Shown piece by piece: positions 24,032 through 35,340 of a stretch of 64,000 nt of DNA. This stretch comes from Entomortierella parvispora E1425 (lineage: Eukaryota > Fungi > Mortierellomycota), in assembly GCA_020891255.1 (NCBI GenBank), contig BQFW01000013.1, positions 868,001 through 932,000 of the forward strand. Reading direction: 5' to 3'. How positions within the stretch are numbered: the first letter of the stretch is position 1; each line of letters begins with the position of its first letter. Both the position numbers and the translations under genes were made by a program. The notes under the pieces are model-generated. The model saw only the letters and a program-made list of their open reading frames with translations, was not told the DNA's origin and did no database searches.

Positions 24032-27000
24032 TTATTTTTGTTTTGTTTCTAAAGTCATATTGGTCTTGGAGGGTTTTTGTCGCGCTCTTCGAGAGGCAGT
24101 TGTGGTTGTGGTCGTGGTTGTCATGATGGTCGAACGACTCGACCTGCTTCCTCCATGGGTGTTCTTGGTCGCCATGAGTGTTGCGCGACGAGACCGTCGA
24201 GTGAAACGACGCGCCAAACCGCCTTGCTGCTGCTGCTGTTGTTGTTGCTGCAGGTGTTGCAAGTGCTGCTGTTGAATCTGCTCTTGCAACTGCTGCTCTT
24301 GAAGCTCGCGGTACTGCTGCAACAACTTGAGCTGATGTTGCTGAACCTTCAATTGCTGCTGTGCTTGCTTCTCCTGCAATTGCTGATGCTGTAAAGACAA
24401 GCGCTCCTGTCGCCGTCTTAGCCATTGCTGTTGCAGGTGCTCCTGTTGATATTGCTGCTGCTGTGGCAGGGAAGAAGATGCAGCAGCGGATTGTCTCTTC
24501 TTCCGTGAGAACAAAGCAAGCCACCGTTCATAAACTTCTTTGGCCCTCCAGAACTGAGTCATGACAGACGATGCATTCTCGGATTGCAAATTAAACTCTT
24601 CCAAGAACCGGTTCGCAGCATGCAACGTTTGCAGATGGTGTCCTACCAAAACTGAAAGCTCAAGCTCGCTCAGAGGGAATGAACTTTCTCTAGCCAGAGC
24701 AACGGAAGAGCACGATTCACCAAGACCGCCACTGCTGCCTCCAAGCTGACTTCTCATGGTCGGGGTAGGAAACAAGACCTGCTGTTGGTGGTAACGGCGT
24801 AGAGTAGGGTGTCGACGGCTAAAGGATGAAAAGGGTAATCCGTTGCGCAGCTTCTTGCTCTTGCCCCTTCGGACGATCGTGGGGGAGGTGACAATCAAGC
24901 CGGGCGGGGATAAGACGGCGGGTGGACTATCGACCGCAGCGGCGCTATTCTTGAGACTTGTGGAGGAACCAATACTCGTCGTGGAAGACTGAATGACCAA
25001 AGGTACAAGTACTGGCATTGAAGGAGACGATGGGATCGAAGGCGATGGGTATGGAGAAGATGACCTCGTAACCATACAACATGAGGAGCTTTCGTCGCCC
25101 AGGGCTACAAAAGCTGGGTCTGGGAACGGTTTTGTAGCGGCGGCCGATGCTGTTATTGGTGGCAAGGGCGGCAATGGCTTTGATAATGCAAGTCCAGCGA
25201 TACTACCAGTCTCAAGGCTGGGCAGCGAACCAACAACACTAACTGATGGTACCGTCTGGGCGGGAGTGGAAAGGGACGCGACAAAGGTAGAATTCACTGA
25301 CGGCACCGGGATGTTGACAGTAGGCGTATTCAATGGGGATGGTGTCGCAGTCGATTTGCGTGATCGGGAGCGTGGGATCCGGATACTTCGACGGAGTCGC
25401 GATGTTGTTGATATGTTTAGTTCATTCTGTGGTTGCTGCTTCTGTCGTTCGCGATCCAAACGTGTAATAGTCTCCATTCGTTGGCGCTCGTCTTCCTTTG
25501 GAAGCACTGTCTCCGAGTCGGCACCAAATCTGTCGACAGAGGCAGCAACGGAAGTAGCACTAGCACTAGCAGCAGGCACCTTTGGACGCGAAAAGATGCG
25601 ATTCAGCAGGTTTGTCTGCAATATCCCCACTCGCTCCAACTCATCCATAGTGACGCCTCCTTTCGCCGGGTCGCAATCCAACGCGTTGTCGTCTCCATGG
25701 AGCAGTTCGTCCTCTTTCTCAATAGCCTCAGGCCAAGGTTTGGACAAGGCAACACAGTTCTGGATGTACGCCAGGCTCCTGTGGACGCGGCGAATGGTGC
25801 GGATGTACCGACTGAGCCAATGACACATGTTCTGGTCCATCTGCCACAGATCCAGGACCATCGTTAGATATGCACGCGCGGCCTCCTCCCGTTTCTGCCG
25901 TCGTCGTATTCTTCGAAGCTGGCACTTGCATGGCGTCAACGATGATTCTTTTCCTCCATCATTTTCTTCCCGACGTCCGCTCGAGACCCTGGTCTCTTCT
26001 AGGGCGTTTTCTGTGTTGAGTAAAATCAGATCGTCGGGAGAAATCAGCGTTGTTGACATCAAAGAGTATCGCTCCGAAGGGGTTGGACTGCCAACGGTGG
26101 TGGTGTTGTTGGATCGCTTTCCTGAATACATGAGTCGTGTTGATCGACGAGGATCTTTGCTGCCTTGACCTGCCAGCCGCTCGCGCTCCATCAGCACGGT
26201 CATAAGCTCCACCAAAACCATTTGGTGTTCTCGAAGGGCACGGAGTCGTGTTTGGGCATAGGCTTCGTTTCTTTGAGCGTTCATCCCGAACTCGTCCTCG
26301 TCTTCATCGTCTTCATCGTCTTCATCGTCATCGGCCTCGGCTGGACGAGGTGGCGGAGGAGAAAGAGGTGGAGGAGGCAAGGACCGGATACAGACAGTCA
26401 TAGGGAGACGCAGTTCTTGACCCTTGCTATTGACGTCCACGACAATATGATCCAATTGACATATTGGTGGCGTCGGGCTCACAGCCGCTCGGGGCGAGGA
26501 GTACGATGTCTGGGGAACAATAGGAACAGAAATGTTGTGGCCGTGATCAAAAACCTCCTCGTACTCTCCACCCATTCTTGGACATTGAGGCACAGGAGCA
26601 GGCACAGGAGCAACGATAGACATCTTCTTTGACTTTTGCTTCTTTTTCTTGGGCAGAAAAGACGAGGATGAAGACGAAGACGCAGTTGCTGGTGCCGTCG
26701 TGGCTGGAGTGGGAAGAGTCTTGGACGGTGTTTTGTTGTTCAGAAATCTGGCGGACTGGGTGCTGAGGAAGCTCCCGAGACTGGAGGTACTGTTGTTGCT
26801 GGAGGTATTTCTCGAGAACCGAAATCCCTTTCGAAAGAACAGGCCTTTTTTCTTTGTCATCGCTTCAAGGCCAGGCTCCTGGCCACGATCGTCGTTTTCG
26901 TCTTCATCATCTGTCCAATCTGATTTTTCATCCTGGACTGTTGTAGCTTCTATGGTCGTCGGGGCGATGACTCTGTCGTGACTATTGTTGTGGTCGCTGA

Positions 27001-27679
27001 TCTGAGAAAGACCCTTCTGGTTGCTAGATGGGTGGTGGGGAACAGAGATCGAACTGGCCATGTTGTCTTCTAGGGTCGAATCCGTCGTTTTCGGTCTTGC
27101 TGTTTTCGCTGCGTTGGACCAGTTGTGAGAAAGATTGGCCGCGGTGATTGAAGGAGAGAAGAGAGAGCCAATGATGGAGGAGACCACTGTCGTGATGGCT
27201 TGAGGTAGATTTCTCTTTCTTTCTTTGCCCTTCTTATTTGGACTCGACGGCGACTCTTCCTTTCTTTTGTGATCTTCAACGGACGTCGTTGTGGTGGGTT
27301 TGGATTGGATGAGTGGTAGTAAGGGTGACTGTGGAGGATGAACGTCGACGGAGGGAGGAGTTGAAGAGGAAGGGGAAGAAGAAGTTGTTGTTACAGGAAA
27401 AGTTTCTGAGAAAAGGGGAGGAGAAAGAGTAGCCGAACTTGGAAATAGGGACGAAGCAACGAGGACCGTTGGTTTAGAAATGGGTGTTGAATCCGATGCC
27501 AATGGCGAATGGGTGGAGGGCGAAGCTGAAGAGGTAGATGTCAGGTTGGGCATGGACTGATTTGAGGACCGAAAGAGACGGTCGCTTTTGTTTTTGTTGT
27601 CCTTGCTCCGCCTGGTGCGACTTCTCAAGCTTGAGGAGATGGACCCAAAGAAACTGCGTGTTGGGGTCGTTGTTGCCAT
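24032..27679 (-). CDS. Large intronless low-complexity hypothetical protein, about 1215 aa, with a C-terminal poly-Gln tract
   Basis: Stop-free frame of more than 3.6 kb with likely start MATTTPTRS at 27679. S/T/P-rich, with two helical islands (QTRLRALREHQMVLVELM...; LVGHHLQTLHAANRFLEEF...) and a Q-rich end. No family recognised. Confidence 0.7.
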   Translation of the reverse strand: MATTTPTRSFFGSISSSLRSRTRRSKDNKNKSDRLFRSSNQSMPNLTSTSSASPSTHSPLASDSTPISKPTVLVASSLFPSSATLSPPLFSETFPVTTTSSSPSSSTPPSVDVHPPQSPLLPLIQSKPTTTTSVEDHKRKEESPSSPNKKGKERKRNLPQAITTVVSSIIGSLFSPSITAANLSHNWSNAAKTARPKTTDSTLEDNMASSISVPHHPSSNQKGLSQISDHNNSHDRVIAPTTIEATTVQDEKSDWTDDEDENDDRGQEPGLEAMTKKKGLFFRKGFRFSRNTSSNNSTSSLGSFLSTQSARFLNNKTPSKTLPTPATTAPATASSSSSSSFLPKKKKQKSKKMSIVAPVPAPVPQCPRMGGEYEEVFDHGHNISVPIVPQTSYSSPRAAVSPTPPICQLDHIVVDVNSKGQELRLPMTVCIRSLPPPPLSPPPPRPAEADDDEDDEDDEDEDEFGMNAQRNEAYAQTRLRALREHQMVLVELMTVLMERERLAGQGSKDPRRSTRLMYSGKRSNNTTTVGSPTPSERYSLMSTTLISPDDLILLNTENALEETRVSSGRREENDGGKESSLTPCKCQLRRIRRRQKREEAARAYLTMVLDLWQMDQNMCHWLSRYIRTIRRVHRSLAYIQNCVALSKPWPEAIEKEDELLHGDDNALDCDPAKGGVTMDELERVGILQTNLLNRIFSRPKVPAASASATSVAASVDRFGADSETVLPKEDERQRMETITRLDRERQKQQPQNELNISTTSRLRRSIRIPRSRSRKSTATPSPLNTPTVNIPVPSVNSTFVASLSTPAQTVPSVSVVGSLPSLETGSIAGLALSKPLPPLPPITASAAATKPFPDPAFVALGDESSSCCMVTRSSSPYPSPSIPSSPSMPVLVPLVIQSSTTSIGSSTSLKNSAAAVDSPPAVLSPPGLIVTSPTIVRRGKSKKLRNGLPFSSFSRRHPTLRRYHQQQVLFPTPTMRSQLGGSSGGLGESCSSVALARESSFPLSELELSVLVGHHLQTLHAANRFLEEFNLQSENASSVMTQFWRAKEVYERWLALFSRKKRQSAAASSSLPQQQQYQQEHLQQQWLRRRQERLSLQHQQLQEKQAQQQLKVQQHQLKLLQQYRELQEQQLQEQIQQQHLQHLQQQQQQQQQGGLARRFTRRSRRATLMATKNTHGGSRSSRSTIMTTTTTTTTASRRARQKPSKTNMTLETKQK

Positions 27680-28795
27680 CCCTGATGACCTCCCAAAGAC
27701 GTCAGTAAGGAGAAGGGACAGCTCAATGCGCTTATGACGCTGCTCTTTTGGAAGGTGGATGGAAAAGAGAATGAGGACCGAAAGAAAAAGAACAAGAAAA
27801 GATGGTTCAGGTGCAGCCTGCATATCCTTCATCCGTCAGATCAGTCTGCCTCCATTGATAACTTCAATTTTTCGCATCTCTTTGTTCCGCTGTCCCAGGC
27901 CAAACCGTCGATTCTATATCAGCCTTCTTTTTCAATTAAAGACGGTGGCGAACACACACACACACACTCTCTCTCTCTCTTCCTGCAGGCTGCCAAAGGG
28001 CAGGGGACAAATGAGGAGGCGTGTTCCATATTTGACAGCGCTATTTACTCTCTTCTAACTCTTGCACCGACAATTCTGCTGATGGGCAAGTGGGATGACC
28101 AAGAAGCCGGTTTTTTTCGTTTTCGATGGTTGCACAAGAGAACTGACAAAAATGGCAACATTCCTCTTTTACGCCCAAAGAAAAAGGGCTTTTCTGCCCT
28201 GACAGTCTTGGCTTCGTGCACTGCCATTATGTTTCGGATGCAGACATCCGTCCTCCGAGGAGAAGCAAATGAAGAGATGAAGAGAAGCTTTGTTCGCCCA
28301 AAAAAAAAAAAAAAAAAAAAAAAGAGGCGAAGCTCTCCACAAGCAGAAAATCAAAAAGTTTATTTCCCAAGGTGGTTTTGCCACCTCGTCTGATGTTGGA
28401 CAACAAAGAACACGAACATGTCATGTTTTTTCATTGTGTGTGTGCCTGGTTTCTTTTTTTTTTTTTTGTTTGATTCATTTTATTTTTTTTATTATCTTTG
28501 TTCCATGAGAGGGAGACATGCTCCCTCCCGCCATTGAAAACTAAATGGATCGACCAGCGACTTGGGGAAACGATGGCGAGTTTTTTTGGTTATGCTTCAA
28601 TGACTTTTTTTTCGGGAACGGTGGTACGACGGTGGGAAAAAGAGGGCGCGTGGCGTATGGTTGAAGAGTGGGGGTCTGGGTCGGCTGCGTTCAAGAATTG
28701 GAACAACAACAGGGCAAAAGCGTTCGACAAAAGAACCAGGGGACAGAGATGAGAATAAACAAAATGGAGATCCAACGTCAATTGGTTGTATTTTC

Positions 28796-30534
28796 TTACA
28801 ACAACTGGACATAGTTCTCAGGCACCAATCCAGAGTGCCCTTCCATCTCACCCAGGAACCAGCCCGGGAACTGACGACAGTGAATCCAAAGGGTATCGCC
28901 CTCCTTGAAGCTCAACTCGCTCGCGTTTTCAGCATCAAAATCGTACAGTCCACGGGCATGTCCCTGCGTTCGATCCTCCTCGTCCCCGACTCTGGCAATG
29001 TCGCTATCATCATCGTCGTGGTTGTGGTACATCTCTTCATCCTCGTCCACGTCCGAAGGCTCGTATTCGGGCTCTGGTGGGTACTGACCCAGGTGGTAGG
29101 GATGCGTCTTTGGATATGCATAGTCACGGACCGTGATCACTAGTGCAGGAACGAAAAAAAAAGAGATAATGCAATTTATGAGAGCGTTAATTGACATTTT
29201 CTCTGGAATCCCCTTCTCTCATCCACGGAGGAATAAAATCATTGAGCTAACAAGCAGGGCCTCTTTGGACTTGTGCAACAAACACAGGGAGACAAAACGT
29301 ATGAGAGCAATTGAGAAACGGAGCAGAACGAGGAGAAGTTGCAGGGAAGACGTTTGCCCAATCCACCAAAAGAGGATGGATCACTGTGAGCCCCTCGCTC
29401 GTATTTTCGGCCGGCTCGCAAGCGAAGCTCTATCGTGTCCCCATGTCCCTTGTCCACAATTCTTTCTCTCTCTTTCTTTCGCCCACAAACAAGTCGGCAG
29501 GTTGTTGTCGCTCCCTCCTCTCTTTAGTATTTGTTTGTCCTGGGACTCTCCTGTCATGAGGGAAGCGTCCTTCCACATTTGTTTGATCAGGGAGGGATGT
29601 GTTGTAGATCATTATTTTTTGTCTTACCAAGGTCACCGGCAGAGGATGTGTTGACGCCGGTCTACAGGGAACACAAGAGTAAAAAGGCGTTAGTGCATGG
29701 ACAGCATGGAAAAGGCCTGCCCCTTCTTTCTCGAAAGGAACAATGCATGCAACGCTGCAGCGTCGCGTGTTCGCCAACACGCCCACGACACCAGGCAGCG
29801 CGTGACGAAAAAACCAAAAAAGATAATGCAGAATTGGGCGCATTTTGGAGGAAGGTGCAAGTCGACGCTAACGACGTTTAGCTTGCAATTGATCCATAGC
29901 CCAGGAACAACAAAAGACCACAGAACACAAAACATACCGGGCCAGCCGATCGGGGACGAGTTGTAGAGGTGGATGCACTAGAGATGTTGCTTGTCGAGAA
30001 TGAGTCCTGCGCATTGCCCTCTCCCCGGAGAAAAGACGCCAGGGTCTTTAAAAGTTCCTGATTTGGCTCGTCGTCTTCTGGTTGTGATGTTGACGGTGCT
30101 GTTGTCGTTGCGGTGGTTAGTGATGAGGATGTGAAAGGAGACGTGGAGGAGCGAGCGGAGGAGGAAGGAGAGGAAGAGGTAGAGTCGGAGGACAAAGAAG
30201 CTGCAGGCGTGGTGGCTGCTGACACGGAGTCGTCCTGGGTCTTGCACTTTTCGGGAAACTCGGGGACAACGGCCGAGGTGAATGCAAAGGACTCTGAGAA
30301 GGAGCGGCCCCGGGGGCCAAAGTGCAGTGACAAACGCTTTGCCAAAGTCGAATCTAGAGGAGGAGCGGAGAAGAAAAGAAGAGTCAGGCAACGTGTCTTT
30401 GAAGAAAAGACAGAGCGAAAAGGAAGAAGGCGGCAGGTACCATCGGGGTAGTGGACAGAGGCGCGCTTTTTTGTGCAGAGAGGAGGATCAGCAGGGCTCT
30501 GGCATGGCGGGAGCGAGACCGGGGCAACAATCAT
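28796..30534 (-). CDS. NBP2: NBP2/Skb5-like SH3 adaptor protein
   Basis: Proposed exons 30534-30441, 30353-29938, 29661-29628 and 29139-28796, with compatible phases. The segment VITVRDYAYPKTHPYHLGQY resembles the Nbp2 pre-SH3 motif (yeast ISIKDYAY..NPLHYGY). It is followed by an acidic linker and an SH3 domain (ARGLYDFDAENASELSFKEGD...GWFLG...GLVPENYV). Confidence 0.72.
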
Positions 30535-31029
30535 TTCGCGTGCGAGATGGGGGAGGAAGGGATGAATGGATGAAGCGTTTGAAACTGAGCGGGCACGCGG
30601 ATGGGGAAGAGCTGACAAGAGGTGATGGTGAAGCGGACTTGGCGATGAAAGTTTGCGTCCGTGGGGGCGGCGGGGGAATGCAGGCGGGGACGACAGGGTG
30701 GGCGGATTGGAAAGAGAAGGAGGGGAGACACGGGGTGGGGAGGAGAAAAGAAAAGGGAGGGGAAGTAAGGAGCCGGAAAGAGGACGACGGCGACAATGAA
30801 AGAGGGAGGCGGATGGAAGGACAGAAAGGATGGACGTGCCAACAGGAAGGGGGTAAATGTGGATGGAGGCTGAATTGATTGATGGATTGATTGATTGATT
30901 GGAGGATTGGGGATTGGGGATTGATTTGGATTGGGTGAGAAAGAAAGAGAGGGAGAGAGAAAAAGAAAGGAGAGCAAGAGAAGAGCAGCCGTGGCAGGGA
31001 AAGGAAGAGGAAGCGGAAGGGAGTGTGCC

Positions 31030-31085
31030 GTGTGTGTGCGAGTGTGAGTGCGAGTGTGAGTGTGAGTGTGAGTGTGAGTGAGAGA
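31030..31085. repeat. (GTGAGT)n/(GT)n microsatellite
   Basis: gtgtgtgcgagtgtgagtgcgagtgtgagtgtgagtgtgagtgtgagtg upstream of the SH3 gene. Confidence 0.85.
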
Positions 31086-32778
31086 GAACGAGAACCCTGT
31101 TGTGTCCTTTTTGCTGTTCTCGTCTCCGCCCGCACAGCCCGGTTGCTGTCCCTCCCGTCCGTTTGTTGTTCCCCTTTAAATGCTTTAATGCAAAACCTGC
31201 CAAATGCAGTGTGACGTGGGTTCGCATCATGGGCGCCCAATCACTGTGTCTGGCAATAAACTCTGTTTTTTGTCTGCTGCCTCGCTCGCAACGTTCCTTC
31301 TTCGCATGAACCTTCCCAGGGCTACAGTTCCGCCAGGTTGCTCTGCCACCACGCGTTGTAATGCATCAAACGTGTACATCCTGCCTTTGTTCTACAATAA
31401 ATATTGTATATTTATTTAGCAGAGTCTACCTTTTGGGATTGTTCGCGTTCTTGAAGGAAGATGGAGAGGAAAAGGCACAGTTTGGCCCTGTAAACCCAAA
31501 TGCCAACCGCCATGTCCGTCGTTGAACAAGGTGCGAAAAGGACGACAGAGCAAGAGTCACCAGTAGCTCGTGTTGTATGATCGTCTCAAGATTGAGATGG
31601 ATTTGGAGGGTGCGTTCCTTCTTGACTTGACTCTCCTGAGACCGCAGACAACCTGCTCAGCAGCTTGCTTACTGTATTCCCCACAGTGGCATAGATTTTT
31701 TGGACCGCGAGAAACCTCCCGAGAACTGGTGTCAGACCAAGAAGCCTTCGGCACGAAGGGTACAAACCGGTGCCTCTTGGACATTGTTAAAAAAAGACGA
31801 GTCCTTTCTGGATGAGTTCAGTAAAAAACAAATAAGACACATTGAGAGTATCTTCGCGGCAGTAGCCTTCTCGGCACACGTGTCGACCCTTTAATGGAGG
31901 AGATTGGGTGACTAAGCCGCTGAAGCACTCCAGAACAGATGCTATCTAGAATGAGAAAGAACCGAAAACAACAGAAAGCCACTTTACATGATATATAAAG
32001 GCCAACAGAGGGGAGCTAGGACGATGTACAAGCTGAACATCAAGTGAACGAAGGAAGCAATCGTCATGGATGGAGTGAGGTAAGATGCATGTTTGCATTC
32101 ACTTGCGAAAATGCATGCTTGCAATGCCCTAGCACATCACCCAGTGGCTTAGACACCAAGAAGTTAACGCGTGCAGCTCTCGTTATTGCTTTCACGCGTT
32201 GCCATCCCCAGGAGTCGATTCCCTTTGCAATCGAACATGAGCCCGAAAAATAGTACCGACCTCAAGAAGAAAAGGAAGAGAAGCCAACCTCTCACACTCG
32301 TTCTCGTGCGCAACCACAGACAACTCGTTCTGCTCCGACTCCGCCAAGGACTACTTCAAGACATTGACCCTTCACCATCTGACAAGCGGAGGCTATACAA
32401 CGAGTGGACAAAAGCATTCGCTTCTTTTGCGCGCGCTGCGATCAAGGACAACAGCCATCCCATATGTCCACACGGTCGCCAATTTTTTAGATTGATGAGG
32501 TCGGTTCTCAAGGACAAAACACAACATATCATTCAATTGAAACGAAATATGGGGTTCGTCTGTGCTTTCCATCCTCTCTGTTCTTTCCATCCTCTCAGTG
32601 CTTCTATTTCACTAGATCGTTCGAAGAGGGCAATATTCCGATCCATCACCATCCAAGACGCGCTTCCTTTTTTTTTTTTGTATCTCACATTCAGAAATCA
32701 GGCATAGATAGATGTTCAGTTCAAACATGAAAAATGCCAAGAGTCTCGCGCACGAACCCTGCACTCTGATACACACGT

Positions 32779-33260
32779 TCATTTATGTCGTCCACTAGAG
32801 GATATAACTCGTACTGATGTCTGGAAGAGATTGCTCTCTCCATCTCCAGGAAGGTACGTTAATTCCCTGTGTTGCGCAGCTATCTGGAAAACCCTTTCCT
32901 TGAAAGGTCTGCAAGCGCGGCCCAAATTCTTCACCACCCAGTTTATCTCTGCGCCCCCTAGATTCATTGTCCAACGATTGATCACAAGCGTTTCCAGCTC
33001 TCGCAGGGTTGACAACTGCTCTAGGCCTTGCCCCATTTTGAAATCCAGGCTCGCAACTCTTGGATTTGCCGCTGGATAGATTGAAAAGATTTCTGAGATC
33101 TGAAGGTGGAGATCCGCTGAGGGAACATGATCGCGGGCTTGAAATTCCCTTCGTTTCTGACTCGTCTTCCATTAATGAGATTGAGAGGGCGCCAGGGTCA
33201 GGAGCGGCGCCTGTCACCTGAAACGGTCGGTTGGAGCCGTTCTAGTTTCAAAAAGACCCC
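32779..33260 (-). pseudogene. Decayed C-terminal fragment of an LRR/F-box-type protein family
   Basis: One frame reads ...ASLDFKMGQGLEQLSTLRELETLVINRWTMNLGGAEINWVVKNL, resembling from recall the C-terminal motif of an expanded Mortierellaceae LRR/F-box-like family. The frame is closed upstream by a TAA near 33172 and no start or N-terminal half is visible. Confidence 0.4.
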
Positions 33261-33535
33261 ACGGTCGAGGATCACCCCCAAACGCATGAATCTCGGATCT
33301 CGCAAGGACTTCTTGGCAGTCATCGAACTCTGGCATCCATCTTCCGAATCCCTTTCAATGGAATGAAAAGTAACAACAAGGAGGGCAGTGTGTCCTCATA
33401 CAGAGCGGTTCGCGGTTCCTTCGCCCAAAAAAAAAATAAAAAAAAAATGATGCTGTGGAGTCTCCGGGTTCAGGGTGCTCCACTATTTCATTCGTGCAGT
33501 TGTCAAGGATTGGTATTATAATGGTACATGCTTAT

Positions 33536-35340
33536 TTAATAAAGATATCTGAAGTCCAGACGATCGTCGCCTTCATCCTTTGTGGTCTCGTCATACTGCT
33601 TCCAATCCGCGGCTGTCCAATGCCTCGTCTTTTCCTCTCTCTTGGCATTGATGTATTTGAGATGGTATCTTTGGAAGATGAAGAGCACGATCGTGAACAC
33701 GATAGCGCCAAAGAGGATCCAGAATCCCGTGATGAAACGAGGCGCGTCTTTGTCTCTGAACAGGTTGACAGAGACCATGTCGCAGGCGTTGACCGAGATG
33801 ATGTACATGGCCAAAGCAATGGATCGTTTGCCCACAGGAGCAGTGTTTCCTGCAATCCAAGCGGCCTAGAAGGGTTTTTTTTAGGGGAATCCAGAAAAAG
33901 GGAGTTAAACATCTTAGTCTATCAACATTAGAGGAAAAAAAGAAAAGACCAAAAAAAAAAAAAAAAAAATCTCCCCGACTCGCACTTACATTCACAGGAT
34001 GCCAACAGGTTTGTCCACCCATGGCAAAGATCAATGCAAAGTACAAGCTGAACTTGCTGGCATCCTCGGGCAAGACAGCCAGAACCAGCAGACAGATGGC
34101 GTAGTAGGTACTGGCGACTGCTCCATGCAACGCACGTTCGTTGTGTTTGTCGGAGCTCCAACTCACAAATGTCATGATCGATAACGAGATCACGTAACCG
34201 GGAATCACCAGCAGGTTCGACACCAAGGGTGCAACGCCCAAGTTCAGGTTCTTGATAATCAAAGGCGACAGGATCGTCAAGGGGGAGAAAGGCAAGAGAC
34301 CAAAGAAGCCAATCAAGACATTAGGCCAGATCTTGGGACTTGTCAGGGCACTCACGAGTTGCTTCAATGGCACTACTCCCTTGGTGGTCTCGGCCTTGGT
34401 GGGGTCATCTCGGATCAAGCGGGTGATAGCAATCTGCTCTTGGCGGTCAGTGAGATAACCATTGAAACGGAACCCCCCTCGAGTCGTCGTGGGACCTTCG
34501 GGCAGGATGAAGAAGGAAAGGAGACCGATCAAGACGGTGACGAGACCCTCAAACAAAAATAGCCAACTCCACCCGGCCTTGCCTGCGACACCGCGCATGT
34601 GAAGGATACCAAAGGAGAGGACGCCTGCCACAGCGTTGGCCACGGCGAGGGTGCACCAAAAGATGGACAGACGAGTGGCCATCTCATGTCGCTTGTAATA
34701 GGAGGTCAAGTAAATGGCGATACCGGGGATGTATCCCGCTTCAAACATGCCCACAAGTGCGCGACAGATCAAGAAGGTGACACGGTCTTTGAGGAAAAAC
34801 TGACAGGCTGTGGCCAAACCCCAGCAGACCATGAGAAAAGGGATCCAGCGCTGAGGGCCCGCCCGGCGAATGACCATGTTGGAGGGGATTTCAAACACAC
34901 AAAAGAAACTGGTAAAAATGGTCGAGCCCAGGGTGACCGTGTTGAGGTCGATATTCAGGTCCTCCATGAAGTTGTCCGTGAGTGCGTTGGCCATGTTGCC
35001 TCGATCCAATTGCATGAAGAAGACTGGGTAACAAACAAAGTAAGGGGGGAGACCGGTGAGTTTTGACTCTGTCCGTTCCCAGAAAAAAAAATAGCCAACA
35101 AACACGGACACAGATGAACCTACACATGACGCCGATCCAGGCTAGAATCTTAAAGTCAAAGGTCCTGACGATCTCCTTTTCTTCGGCCTCTGTCCAGCTG
35201 AGGTCGTGGACGTAGTAAGGGTTCTTTTCGCCCTGGAGTCTTAACCGCTCGTCCAGTGAATCTGCTCCGTCAAGCGTTGATGTGTCTTGACTGTGTCGCC
35301 TCCGCTCAAGGTCGTCCTTGGAATCCAAAAGTTTTGACAT
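33536..35340 (-). CDS. MFS anion:cation symporter (Dal5/Tna1 allantoate-nicotinate permease-like)
   Basis: Exons 35340-35124, 35023-33990 and 33865-33536. Motifs include LDRGNMANA, FEIPSN, GMFEAGYIPGIAIYLTSYYKRHEMATRLSIF, AGWSWLFLFEG and a C-terminal DFRYLY. Confidence 0.92.
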
